IMG/VR virus record: IMGVR_UViG_3300044623_001231
Source of the DNA: a virus
Lineage: Duplodnaviria; Heunggongvirae; Uroviricota; Caudoviricetes
Reading direction: 5' to 3' (one strand)
Length of the DNA stretch: 64,000 nucleotides
Positions within the stretch are counted from its first letter, which is position 1, and every line of letters begins with the position of its first letter. Of the stretch, positions 9,346-18,662 are shown one piece after another. The translations under genes and the position numbers were made by a program. The notes beneath the pieces are model-generated. The model was not told the origin of the DNA and searched no databases. It saw nothing but the letters and a program-made list of their open reading frames with translations.

Positions 9346-9804
9346 TTACCAACTTGCGTTATATTCAAAATCATCCGCTATCTCATCAGTCAAAATATCT
9401 TCTAAATACACAATAGTATTTAAGATACTCTTAAAGTACCATTCATCATATTCAGTTCCACCAAAGAAAAATCCACTAGATGATGGTAGTAATGTACTAG
9501 CTAAATCATTATCAGCTTCAACTTGTTTACATACATCCAATAACTCTTCTAATTTTTCTCTGCTTACATAAGAAGATTGACACTCATCAATTCCATTCTG
9601 AACATTCTGAACGAACCAATTGTGGATTTGATTTGCCTTTCGCCAATATGCAACCTCTTCAACAATAAACTTAACACGCTCCGGCTTGATTCTTTCATCA
9701 ACTTTACCACCGGTTTTAACTTCCACATCCATACGGTGTTCTGGTTTGTAATAATCACCACTACGAACATAACTCTTTTTGTACAAATAACTGTCTAGTC
9801 CCAT
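9346..9804 (-). CDS. hypothetical protein
   Basis: ORF track. Confidence 0.5.
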   Translation of the reverse strand: MGLDSYLYKKSYVRSGDYYKPEHRMDVEVKTGGKVDERIKPERVKFIVEEVAYWRKANQIHNWFVQNVQNGIDECQSSYVSREKLEELLDVCKQVEADNDLASTLLPSSSGFFFGGTEYDEWYFKSILNTIVYLEDILTDEIADDFEYNASW

Positions 9805-9810
9805 AACTTT

Positions 9811-10008
9811 TTATTTTAATGCGTTTAATAATTTTTTATAATCTATACCAATAACACCCAACAGACCCATAGTTCCGGCCATAACTGCAACTGCCATCTC
9901 ATTTAAAGGTCCTGCAAAGTGGATGTAGTTCTGAATTGTTCCGTTCATTATACCATAGAAGATATAAAATGAACATACTGCGATTAAAATTGCTTGATAA
10001 TTTTTCAT
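9811..10008 (-). CDS. small membrane protein
   Basis: 65 aa hydrophobic; full promoter cassette upstream. Confidence 0.5.
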   Translation of the reverse strand: MKNYQAILIAVCSFYIFYGIMNGTIQNYIHFAGPLNEMAVAVMAGTMGLLGVIGIDYKKLLNALK

Positions 10009-10100
10009 ATTTTAGGGTTTTAATTAATTACTCTCTTAATTACTTGTCTAATATACAACAAATATTCGATATAAACAAGCTTTTTTGTCATTATTTTGTA
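10009..10100 (-). promoter_or_regulatory. full promoter-leader cassette (TTG...TAnnTTTG plus conserved 5'UTR ...TAAGAGATAATTAAACCCTAAAA)
   Basis: one of at least 11 near-identical roughly 90-110-bp cassettes. Confidence 0.6.
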
Positions 10101-10465
10101 ATTAAACTCACTTTAATATCTTCAAGTAAGTCCAATTGGTTACGAAATACATCCTTTTCGAATGCCTCTCTATCAATATCCATAGATTCCTGTACCCTAT
10201 TTATTAGAATAGTACTAAAATTGGATGAAATTGAACGTTCAAATGAGAATTTGTGGTTAGTAATAGCTATGTAAAAATCATTAATAACTATATAGTATTC
10301 CATTCGTCTATTACTAACATAGTACTTACCAACGGTAGGTGCCATCATAAAATCGGTATCTTCTTGCTCACACATTAGGTTTACAATATCCGAAAGTAAT
10401 TGTTCGGTTTCACCTAATTTATAAGGTGGTTTAATAATATTTTTTATTTTGGTTATAATATTCAT
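10091..10465 (-). CDS. hypothetical protein
   Basis: ORF track. Confidence 0.5.
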   Translation of the reverse strand: MNIITKIKNIIKPPYKLGETEQLLSDIVNLMCEQEDTDFMMAPTVGKYYVSNRRMEYYIVINDFYIAITNHKFSFERSISSNFSTILINRVQESMDIDREAFEKDVFRNQLDLLEDIKVSLITK

Positions 10466-10477
10466 AGGGATTTTGGT

Positions 10478-10735
10478 TTAAATGTAACAATTTACATTGG
10501 TTAATGCTAATAATTTAATGACTCTAAGGTTATCCATATCAGCCCTACTAACTGCCTCAACCAATTTGTTATCACAAACTGCTTCAACAAATCCTCCACC
10601 ACTCATAACACCATCTCTATGCATCATAATGGAAACCATTATATCCACATTGTGGTTTGAAACCTCAACTTGCCAGTCTTTAGCGAACTGAATAGCTGCA
10701 TTTTTGTACTTTTCTCTTAATTCTAAATAATCCAT
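10478..10735 (-). CDS. hypothetical protein
   Basis: ORF track; cassette upstream. Confidence 0.5.
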   Translation of the reverse strand: MDYLELREKYKNAAIQFAKDWQVEVSNHNVDIMVSIMMHRDGVMSGGGFVEAVCDNKLVEAVSRADMDNLRVIKLLALTNVNCYI

Positions 10736-10821
10736 TTTTTTACGTTTTAGGGGTTTAATTATTAATTCTCAATCTTTATATTCAAATATACGAAATCTTC
10801 CTGATATAACCAAGCTTTTGG
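10736..10821 (-). promoter_or_regulatory. full promoter-leader cassette
   Basis: ttttaggggtttaatt ... caaatatacgaa ... gatataaccaagctttt. Confidence 0.6.
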
Positions 10822-11613
10822 TTAATTATTTTCATACACACTAAATGGTGAATTCATTGGGATAATGAACTTATTGTTGGAAGTGTCAATTTTGTTTCTA
10901 ACTTTTTTGAATTTCAATCCAACTATAACGTTTTGCTCATCCAAATATCTCATATCATATGCATCACCATCAATTACATCATATCCACTCCATTTAGTTG
11001 GTAATTGTTTACCTTCAAATACCATAGCTACCCTACCTTTACCTTCCCTTAGTAGATTTACACAATCAATCATATTATACCCTGAAAATGAGTAGGTTAA
11101 ATCGTAATTAGAGTACTTTTCTAGCAATCTAAATCGTTTTGATACCTTTGTGTAATCATAGAAAGAAACATCAGGAAACCACTCCAAAATGTTCTTATTA
11201 TCCAATTTAAAGGTAGTTGGGTCTAAATCTGAGGTTCCATTCAATCTAACTGAGAATCGTAATCCACTACGTTCAGCTTTCTCTTTTTCTTTACCAATTT
11301 CATAGATTAACCAACCCATAAAAAATTCCCTGTCCTCAAAGAATAGTTTTGTTTTTTTGATGCGGGCCTGATTAATTTGGTTCTTATGGATATCGATTTT
11401 ATTCCTACCAGACTCATTCAAACAAGCAGCGGTACATTCATCCGTTCTCATTGGACAAACCTCATATCCACTTGACTTAGCGGGTGCTAAGTATATAATG
11501 TAGGTTGATTCATTATACTTTAATCCTTTAGCCATCTTAGAAGATGAATTAACACTACCAAGATAACTTAATCCGGTTAGTTTCTTTGCTTGAGATAAAT
11601 TTTGAAATTTCAT
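10822..11613 (-). CDS. hypothetical protein (263 aa)
   Basis: ORF track. Confidence 0.55.
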   Translation of the reverse strand: MKFQNLSQAKKLTGLSYLGSVNSSSKMAKGLKYNESTYIIYLAPAKSSGYEVCPMRTDECTAACLNESGRNKIDIHKNQINQARIKKTKLFFEDREFFMGWLIYEIGKEKEKAERSGLRFSVRLNGTSDLDPTTFKLDNKNILEWFPDVSFYDYTKVSKRFRLLEKYSNYDLTYSFSGYNMIDCVNLLREGKGRVAMVFEGKQLPTKWSGYDVIDGDAYDMRYLDEQNVIVGLKFKKVRNKIDTSNNKFIIPMNSPFSVYENN

Positions 11614-11641
11614 TTACTATTAATTTTAGGGGTTTAATTGA

Positions 11642-11857
11642 TTATCTATATAATGTTACAATACTACCGAAGTAACTATCAAATACCTCAAGTAGGTTTT
11701 CATAATCACCACTCCTCATTTCAGAACAAATTTCTTCAGAATTCATTCCTAATTGTTTTGCCAGATTTGATGCGGTTCCCAATAAGTAAAAAGCGTTACC
11801 CTGTGGACCGGTTAAATCAATTGTAATTCCTGTTTGTTTTGGTTTTTCTAAAATCAT
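11642..11857 (-). CDS. hypothetical protein
   Basis: ORF track. Confidence 0.4.
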   Translation of the reverse strand: MILEKPKQTGITIDLTGPQGNAFYLLGTASNLAKQLGMNSEEICSEMRSGDYENLLEVFDSYFGSIVTLYR

Positions 11858-11877
11858 AACTTTATTTTTTTTAATTA

Positions 11878-12222
11878 TTAAATACCTTGCTCTCTGCGTA
11901 AATCATACTCTTCCTTTTCAGCTTCCGAATACTCAACAACCTTTAAGTAAGGTTGAAAATCAGTTTCGTAATAACCTCGAAATCCAGCGAAGAATAACAT
12001 CTCATCGATGAACAATTTTCGAACGTAAGTCATATCGGATGAACCAAATCCCTGGTCTTCCGGCCAATCGGAATATTCATTGGCAACTATCTCCAATGAA
12101 TTAAAAACAGCATCAGCATAAGTGAATCCGTTTTTAGAAGGGAATCCTTTTCTGATAACATCGTAACCTTCTACTAATGAAGAGGTTTCGTGAACAAAAG
12201 CTAAATTAAATGGTAAACTCAT
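11878..12222 (-). CDS. hypothetical protein
   Basis: ORF track; cassette upstream. Confidence 0.5.
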   Translation of the reverse strand: MSLPFNLAFVHETSSLVEGYDVIRKGFPSKNGFTYADAVFNSLEIVANEYSDWPEDQGFGSSDMTYVRKLFIDEMLFFAGFRGYYETDFQPYLKVVEYSEAEKEEYDLRREQGI

Positions 12223-12335
12223 ATTTTTAGGGTTTTAAGGTTTTAAGTATCTCTCAATCTTTATACTCAAATATAGGAAATTAATTTGGATTGCACAAGC
12301 CTTTTGCCAATTATTTTCAAAAAAAGTTATTAACA
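12223..12335 (-). promoter_or_regulatory. full promoter-leader cassette
   Basis: includes the upstream element CAAGCCTTTTGCCAATTATTTTCAAAAAAAGTTATTAACA. Confidence 0.6.
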
Positions 12336-12350
12336 TTTTGGCATAAAAAA

Positions 12351-12375
12351 TAACTCATTGAAAATCAATGAGTTA
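12351..12375 (-). terminator. AT-rich hairpin (TAACTCATTG / CAATGAGTTA) plus a T-run on the minus strand
   Basis: perfect 10-bp inverted repeat. Confidence 0.55.
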
Positions 12376-12395
12376 TAAATTACTTATAATTTGTC

Positions 12396-12542
12396 TTACT
12401 TAGATTTTGATTTAGTTTGGTCCTCAATTACCAAAGAATCATACTCTTGTTGGAGTTTCTGAATCTCAGCTTTGTTAGCCTTTTTATCCTTGCTTAACTT
12501 TAATTTTAGTATTTTTTCAGTAATTTCTTGATTGCGTTCCAT
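12396..12542 (-). CDS. small basic protein (48 aa)
   Basis: read from the DNA: MERNQEITEKILKLKLSKDKKANKAEIQKLQQEYDSLVIEDQTKSKSK. Confidence 0.4.
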   Translation of the reverse strand: MERNQEITEKILKLKLSKDKKANKAEIQKLQQEYDSLVIEDQTKSKSK

Positions 12543-12546
12543 AGGT

Positions 12547-13125
12547 TTAAATATAATTTTCTGGATTAAGTTTCATATCTTCAATAACATCAATATGAGA
12601 TTGTTTATGCATTTCTAAAATATCATGCATCTCATCATATAACTTTTGTCTAGCTTCCTCACCAGCCTCTTCATCATCTCCCCAAAAAACATCAGTATCA
12701 TATTCATCGATATCTACAAATTCAGTATCATCATATTCCTCTGATGTGTAATATACTCCAGCAAAGTTATAACCTTCATCTTCAAATGTGTTGTGAACAA
12801 TTACATCTGATTTAATTTTTCTTAGATTATCTGCAAATCTTTCAATCCAACCATTAATCGGGTCCCATGCTGATGTAACTCTAACAACGGGTTCGTCTGG
12901 TGAATCATCTTCAATAGAACCATATAACCATTTAGCACCAGTATTATCACAATACCAATTCCTATCATATTCCAATGGTGTATCATCTCCAAATACTCTT
13001 TTAGTAAGTGCTTCGGTTTGAACATCCCACTCACCATCTTCGGTTTGAAATACTCTTTTAATTTCTGCAAGAACATCTTCGTTTGAGTTCTGAATAACAA
13101 TGTAATTTTCTATATTATTTGCCAT
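12547..13125 (-). CDS. highly acidic protein (DNA-mimic / anti-restriction candidate)
   Basis: 192 aa with long D/E-rich stretches. Confidence 0.5.
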   Translation of the reverse strand: MANNIENYIVIQNSNEDVLAEIKRVFQTEDGEWDVQTEALTKRVFGDDTPLEYDRNWYCDNTGAKWLYGSIEDDSPDEPVVRVTSAWDPINGWIERFADNLRKIKSDVIVHNTFEDEGYNFAGVYYTSEEYDDTEFVDIDEYDTDVFWGDDEEAGEEARQKLYDEMHDILEMHKQSHIDVIEDMKLNPENYI

Positions 13126-13131
13126 AACTTA

Positions 13132-13701
13132 TTATTTATTTAAAAATCCTATTACTTTTTCTTTAATCCCACTTTGTTTGATACCTTCATTACTTCTAGC
13201 AGTTAGTACAAAGTTATCAAGTCCATGTCCTTGATTGTATTCCGGACTCATATTAAGGTCATCTATTGCAACCCATGTTTCAATTTCAGAATTTAATTCC
13301 AAATACTTTTCAATCTCCAATATTCTTTTTTTACTATACCAACCCTTCCAACTGAAAAGTGCATCGGATTCTGAATCCCAATCACCTAAATTTGGTGTGA
13401 ATGCTAACGGTCTTTTACTAATACCTTGCTCAATATAGTAATCACCCAACTCTTCTAATGTAGCATGTAATTTCCAATCCGAACTAACAATTATTTCAGC
13501 ACCAGTTTCCTCAAGTACTTCATTCAATACCTTAATAGCTTTTTCATCGAAATTATCCAACCTTACATTCACCGGGGCTTCTTTTTGAATTAAAGATGAG
13601 TTTGGATTATCCGAACGATACTTACTCCATTTCTTACTTCTACCTCCCCAATTGTTAGAGAGGCAAATTACACCATCATTATCTAAAAATATAACTTTCA
13701 T
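13132..13701 (-). CDS. HAD-superfamily phosphatase (polynucleotide 3'-phosphatase or GmhB-like)
   Basis: motif I MKVIFLDNDGVI; late AIDDL motif. Confidence 0.55.
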   Translation of the reverse strand: MKVIFLDNDGVICLSNNWGGRSKKWSKYRSDNPNSSLIQKEAPVNVRLDNFDEKAIKVLNEVLEETGAEIIVSSDWKLHATLEELGDYYIEQGISKRPLAFTPNLGDWDSESDALFSWKGWYSKKRILEIEKYLELNSEIETWVAIDDLNMSPEYNQGHGLDNFVLTARSNEGIKQSGIKEKVIGFLNK

Positions 13702-14186
13702 TATTTCATTTTTTTAATACTATCCAACAATTCGGGATATTCCAATAGTAATTTTGGATTATTTTTCAAAGTTTGAATTGTAATATCATTCTTTAACTTA
13801 GTAGTACTCCAACCATGTGCTCTTGATGTGAATATAACTTTAGGTGTTAAGTTATCACCGGTAAATCGTTTACCAATATAATCCTCACCCAATATTCTAA
13901 CATCAGGTTTAAAAAACTCAATTAATTGTATAAGCTCTTCTTCAGTTTGATAAGTATAAACCGCATCAACTGATTCTAATTCCATTAAAGTATTATATCT
14001 TTCAGCACGAGGTACAACGGGTGTATATTTATTAGCCCTATCAATAGATGGGTCATTTTGTAGAAACACCATAAAGTAATCACAATGCTTTTTTGCAGTT
14101 TGAAAGGTGTAAACGTAACCTGGATGAATGATATCGAAGTTACCTGCGGTAAATCCTACTATCTTTTGTTCTCCGTTTATAATCAT
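13701..14186 (-). CDS. HIGH-motif nucleotidyltransferase (RfaE domain II / cytidylyltransferase-like)
   Basis: GFTAGNFDIIHPGYV (GxFDxxHxGH). Confidence 0.6.
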   Translation of the reverse strand: MIINGEQKIVGFTAGNFDIIHPGYVYTFQTAKKHCDYFMVFLQNDPSIDRANKYTPVVPRAERYNTLMELESVDAVYTYQTEEELIQLIEFFKPDVRILGEDYIGKRFTGDNLTPKVIFTSRAHGWSTTKLKNDITIQTLKNNPKLLLEYPELLDSIKKMK

Positions 14187-14187
14187 T

Positions 14188-14337
14188 TTATTCTTTGTTT
14201 ATAATCTCCCACTTAAAAGGAGGTCTATTTCTTTGATACTCACGCATTGACCAATCAATATCATCAGTTTTTAATGTTATTAATTCTGGTTGTGGGTTGT
14301 TATAATCCAACCAAGTGATTTTAATAATGTAATTCAT
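14188..14337 (-). CDS. small protein (49 aa)
   Basis: read from the DNA: MNYIIKITWLDYNNPQPELITLKTDDIDWSMREYQRNRPPFKWEIINKE; stop 1 nt before the next ATG. Confidence 0.4.
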   Translation of the reverse strand: MNYIIKITWLDYNNPQPELITLKTDDIDWSMREYQRNRPPFKWEIINKE

Positions 14338-14482
14338 ACTTTAAAATTTACCCCATTGGGATTTATGTCTATTTTCTTCAGCTATCTTAAAACCCAACCA
14401 AATATCCTTAAAGAATGATTTGATATTATTAATTATTTTGTTCATATTACAAATATACTAATTATTTTTTAATTATCCAAAT

Positions 14483-14827
14483 TTATTTCCAAAATATCTG
14501 TATTCCTATTAATATTGCTGCTAAAATCAATGATATACCTGTTTTTGCATTAATACCCTCATTCATAAATATAAATGTGAGAATAGCAAACGTAATCATC
14601 CCACCAGCTTGCCCTATAAATCTTCCCGGCCATAATTGCCCATCAAAGTGTTCAGCAACCAAAGAAGTTCCTTTAATAAAAATGTAAGATATTAAGGTCC
14701 CACCCATTAGAGATATTAAGAATGGATTACGTTTGAACCAAGGCCAAACGAATTGCCCATTGGTTTGTATCCAAATTATACATTGGGCTATTGTAAATAA
14801 TATAACTCCCCAAATTAGGTTTTTCAT
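14483..14827 (-). CDS. membrane protein (4 TM)
   Basis: ORF track, hydrophobic. Confidence 0.5.
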   Translation of the reverse strand: MKNLIWGVILFTIAQCIIWIQTNGQFVWPWFKRNPFLISLMGGTLISYIFIKGTSLVAEHFDGQLWPGRFIGQAGGMITFAILTFIFMNEGINAKTGISLILAAILIGIQIFWK

Positions 14828-14836
14828 ACAATCATT

Positions 14837-15148
14837 TTATTTATGAGATGAAAACCCTTTTATGGTACGGCCATCTTTTTCCAATTTAGTTTCGATATCT
14901 TCTAATCGTTTATCAAAATCATCCAAAGATGTATTGATATTATTTAGTGCGGAATTTATATCTGTAAATCCTTTATTAACATCATCTACTATTGTATAAT
15001 CATTTTCTTCTAATTCTTCCAATTTTCCACCATTGACTGGTATTTTGGGTTTAGATGTTCTAACAATTAAAATGGTTAACATTACTATTGGTGCAAATAT
15101 TAATAATACTATAAATATTGCTACGATTGTATTGAATATTTCTATCAT
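14837..15148 (-). CDS. membrane-anchored coiled-coil protein
   Basis: ORF track. Confidence 0.5.
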   Translation of the reverse strand: MIEIFNTIVAIFIVLLIFAPIVMLTILIVRTSKPKIPVNGGKLEELEENDYTIVDDVNKGFTDINSALNNINTSLDDFDKRLEDIETKLEKDGRTIKGFSSHK

Positions 15149-15152
15149 GCTT

Positions 15153-15764
15153 TTAAGTTATAAATTCAGTATCTTTCTTTAAGTCAACATAGACTCCTTT
15201 ATAAATACCTTCATTAAATTTATTAATAACCTTTTCAACCAACATTGTTGGAGTACCTGTTATTTGGTACAATCCATCCATTAGTTTAATGACATCTCTA
15301 GTTGAATCTATTGGATTAATTGGTGTAATTGTTTCTACTTCCAGTACACCATCTATATATTTTTGAAATTTTAAATAATTTTTAATTATTAACATATTAT
15401 CACTGTTAATTTCAACAACTACACCCTTTGATAAATCTCTGAATGTGTTCCATAAATACCAATTAACACATTTTAAATCAACTAATATTCTATTCTTAAA
15501 TGCCAATCTATATCCATCATCTAAAATTTCTTTCAATTTAGGTAAATCGGGACTATCAGATACCAAACAAACATCAGCATCCCAAGTTTTAGGATTTGAT
15601 GGGTTGTTTAAATACTCAGCAAATCCACCAGCTAAATAAACTTCATATTCAGATAAATCATGCAGCTCTGATAGTTCTTTGTACCACATAGTTAATGTGT
15701 ACAACTCAGGTCTACCCCACACAAGGGTAGTTGTTAAATTATCAAATCTACAAAAAAAATCCAT
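15153..15764 (-). CDS. hypothetical protein, possible minimal Pol-beta-type nucleotidyltransferase
   Basis: YLAGGFAEYL...WDADV resembles the GG...DxD NTase motif (weak). Confidence 0.4.
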   Translation of the reverse strand: MDFFCRFDNLTTTLVWGRPELYTLTMWYKELSELHDLSEYEVYLAGGFAEYLNNPSNPKTWDADVCLVSDSPDLPKLKEILDDGYRLAFKNRILVDLKCVNWYLWNTFRDLSKGVVVEINSDNMLIIKNYLKFQKYIDGVLEVETITPINPIDSTRDVIKLMDGLYQITGTPTMLVEKVINKFNEGIYKGVYVDLKKDTEFIT

Positions 15765-15925
15765 TATCTATTTTTAATACCTTTGTTTTTACCGGCAATT
15801 ATAGATTCTAATTTATCAGTTAGTTTTTCAATAGTATCTGAATTTCCTTGATTACCTTTCAGTTTCTCAGTTTTAATTGTATTGGTAAGTAAATTAATCA
15901 CTTCCTCTTTTTTCTTATCGTTCAT
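15764..15925 (-). CDS. small protein (53 aa)
   Basis: read from the DNA: MNDKKKEEVINLLTNTIKTEKLKGNQ...; TAATG overlap with the downstream gene. Confidence 0.35.
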   Translation of the reverse strand: MNDKKKEEVINLLTNTIKTEKLKGNQGNSDTIEKLTDKLESIIAGKNKGIKNR

Positions 15926-16220
15926 ACAGTTTGTTTAAATATTCAAATACTTTTTCTGAAAATAATGTATTGTACACATCACTTCCTATTTCAGATGCTT
16001 CAACTATGATACCTGATTTTGCATAATTCAATGCATATGCGATATCGTATTGTGAATATATTGGTTTTGCTCTATCAAGCTCTTCATTAATCATATTGAT
16101 AAAATCATCTGATTTTAACCACTCATCATACTCAGCATCTCTTAAATCAGCATTGTAAATATATCCTTCCAATTCTTCCTCTGGAATACTATTAATCATA
16201 AATTCTTTTGTTCTACCCAT
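15915..16220 (-). CDS. hypothetical protein
   Basis: ORF track. Confidence 0.5.
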   Translation of the reverse strand: MGRTKEFMINSIPEEELEGYIYNADLRDAEYDEWLKSDDFINMINEELDRAKPIYSQYDIAYALNYAKSGIIVEASEIGSDVYNTLFSEKVFEYLNKLYER

Positions 16221-16258
16221 TTTTATTAATTGTTATGTTATACTCTAATATACAAATT

Positions 16259-16996
16259 TTATACTTTTTCGTTTGTTGGTTTTAACCACATACCATCTTT
16301 AAATATTAGGTTTAAAAAACCAGGGATGATTTCATCTACATCCATAAGTAATCTAAGACTTTTTGGTGTATCATATTTCATCATCTTCATTAACTCTTCT
16401 CTAATTCTTTCACCACTAACAGTTTGTTCTAATTTCTTTAGGATGTTAGGTTGTTTCATTGCTTCCCAAATATCATCACTCATAACAAAATCCTTTGTGA
16501 TTGTAAATCTTAATGCTCTTAGAATTCTCAAAGGGTCATCCATCATAGTTTGTTTAGCTGGTAATGGAGTTCTTAATAAACCTATTTTTAAATCATCAAT
16601 TCCACCAAATATATCTATAAGGTTTCCATCAATATCCTCAGCCATAGCGTTTAATGTAAAATCTCTTCTAAGTAAATCATCTTCCAATGTTCCCAATTCT
16701 AAGATTGGTCTACGAGTTCCCTCAACATATCCAACTTCCTTTCTTGCCATTACGAAATCAGCAACCATCCCAGAGTATTTATGTTCTTTTGGGAACTTAG
16801 CTCTGATAGTAAAACACTCAGGTGTACTTAGGAATATTTCAAAATCATTTACAGTCATCCAATCTGTCATTATTTGAAATCCACTCTCTACAGTCCAATC
16901 TAAGTTGTCCAAAACAAATGTGAAGTCAATATCTTTTGTATCAACCCCTAACAACCTATCTCTAACACAACCCCCTACTTTGAATATCTTTGGCAT
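16259..16996 (-). CDS. cca: tRNA nucleotidyltransferase (CCA-adding, poly(A)-polymerase head domain), minimal
   Basis: MPKIFKVGGCVRDRLLGVDTKDIDF head-domain signature. Confidence 0.7.
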   Translation of the reverse strand: MPKIFKVGGCVRDRLLGVDTKDIDFTFVLDNLDWTVESGFQIMTDWMTVNDFEIFLSTPECFTIRAKFPKEHKYSGMVADFVMARKEVGYVEGTRRPILELGTLEDDLLRRDFTLNAMAEDIDGNLIDIFGGIDDLKIGLLRTPLPAKQTMMDDPLRILRALRFTITKDFVMSDDIWEAMKQPNILKKLEQTVSGERIREELMKMMKYDTPKSLRLLMDVDEIIPGFLNLIFKDGMWLKPTNEKV

Positions 16997-17096
16997 AACC
17001 TATCTTTTTTATTACATAGTAAATATACAAAATATAATTGATATATCCTAATATTTTAAAAGAAAAAGAGCAACTATTTTAGCTGCTCTTTATCAA

Positions 17097-18242
17097 TTAG
17101 TGAGAATCTCCCACATCATTTTTCTCTCCATAAATAAGGTAGTCAGGGTTTATAACCTTAGCTACTTTATTACGTTCACCTGTATGGTATTTGATTACAA
17201 TTCCTTCATGTGGAACCTTAGTACCTTCAATCATATTTTTAAATACGAATTTATCTTGCACCTCTTGCGACCAATTTCCAAAATGTAATATTTCAACATA
17301 AGGTAATTGTAATATATCTTTAATCATCAATTTAGAATTGATAGGACTTAAATACTCACCATTCTCCTTTACATCGAATCCTACAAACTCCATTTCTGTC
17401 AAACCATAATCATAGTTCTTTTGAATTCCGGCCCCATAGATTTCTCCATAGATTGTGATTCCATCTCCAATTTCTGGTTCCATTGAATTACTTTTAACGT
17501 ATTCCCATAACCTCTTTTTGATTTCATATTTATCCGCAATTTGGTACCAAACATTGGTATCATAGAAACCTTGAGAATCCGAACCCTTTTCTACATTATG
17601 TGAACCAACTACAAATTCATACCCAATCCACTTATCAGCAAACCCAATGAACTTCTTAACCTTATCCCAAAATGATAATTTAAGTTTCTTAACAATACCA
17701 TATCTAGCATTAGTACCATGTATCTTACGAGTAATTTCAACGGTATCTTCTTCAGTAAACATTCCATCCACATTTTTTAGGTTTGGGAATTTATAGTAGA
17801 TGTGGAAGTTTGGATTGTCTTGGTATCTAATCTTTCTACCTCCGGCTAATTGGATTTGTTTAACTGGTGGTTCGTATTTAGTAATTCCTAAGAATTCCAT
17901 ACAATCATCACCTTCGCCTAAATCAAAATCACCCATAGTAACTCTACCACGTAGGTATTTCATTGGGATAATTAAACATTCAGAATAAACACCTCTTAAT
18001 TTTACAGTCCTAACTCTATTACCTTTACGAAGATAGTTAGTTACACCCATCTCTTCAGAAAGTTCTTCAGGTATAACCGCATCAGTTGTAGCAATGATTG
18101 TTTCATCACCAATAGTAAACTCTCCCTTCTTAGTGATTGCATTCCAACCACCAGCAACTACCAATTCGATGTTATCAGCACCCTCAATTGGATTTACTTC
18201 TTTGATTTTTGCTATGTAGCAAACTGAATTTTCGTTTTTCAT
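17097..18242 (-). CDS. RNA ligase, Rnl2 family
   Basis: motif I KIHGTN; GEIYGAGIQKNYDY matches Rnl2 GEFAGPGIQKNVDY. Confidence 0.7.
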   Translation of the reverse strand: MKNENSVCYIAKIKEVNPIEGADNIELVVAGGWNAITKKGEFTIGDETIIATTDAVIPEELSEEMGVTNYLRKGNRVRTVKLRGVYSECLIIPMKYLRGRVTMGDFDLGEGDDCMEFLGITKYEPPVKQIQLAGGRKIRYQDNPNFHIYYKFPNLKNVDGMFTEEDTVEITRKIHGTNARYGIVKKLKLSFWDKVKKFIGFADKWIGYEFVVGSHNVEKGSDSQGFYDTNVWYQIADKYEIKKRLWEYVKSNSMEPEIGDGITIYGEIYGAGIQKNYDYGLTEMEFVGFDVKENGEYLSPINSKLMIKDILQLPYVEILHFGNWSQEVQDKFVFKNMIEGTKVPHEGIVIKYHTGERNKVAKVINPDYLIYGEKNDVGDSH

Positions 18243-18245
18243 TTC

Positions 18246-18659
18246 TTATAATTTTATTTCAAATCTATTTCTCATTCTTTCAACTGCTTCAGTTGGAACA
18301 CCATGTTGGTTTACACCACCATGTCTATTCTCAACTACTAATGAGTAAACCTGATATCCATAGGTTTTTGCTAAGGTAAAATATATATCCATCTCCCATT
18401 TTTGAGTAAAAGTGTTAGATACTACTATTTTTCTATAAAATTGGTCATTAACTAATGAATCCTTCATATAAGTTTCTACTGTATTTCTACAAAACTCATG
18501 TGCATCTTTTAGTTTAGAACCATCGAAGTTATAGTTACCTTCCTTATCATAAAAATACTTATCAGCTTCACATACTAAGAAATCACTTTCTACTATTGAA
18601 TTTGCTAATGTTGATTTACCACTACCTGGCAATCCTCTTAATAAAAATAATTCTTTCAT
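18246..18659 (-). CDS. polynucleotide kinase-like P-loop kinase
   Basis: GLPGSGKSTLA Walker A; 137 aa; adjacent to the RNA ligase. Confidence 0.6.
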   Translation of the reverse strand: MKELFLLRGLPGSGKSTLANSIVESDFLVCEADKYFYDKEGNYNFDGSKLKDAHEFCRNTVETYMKDSLVNDQFYRKIVVSNTFTQKWEMDIYFTLAKTYGYQVYSLVVENRHGGVNQHGVPTEAVERMRNRFEIKL

Positions 18660-18662
18660 AAC

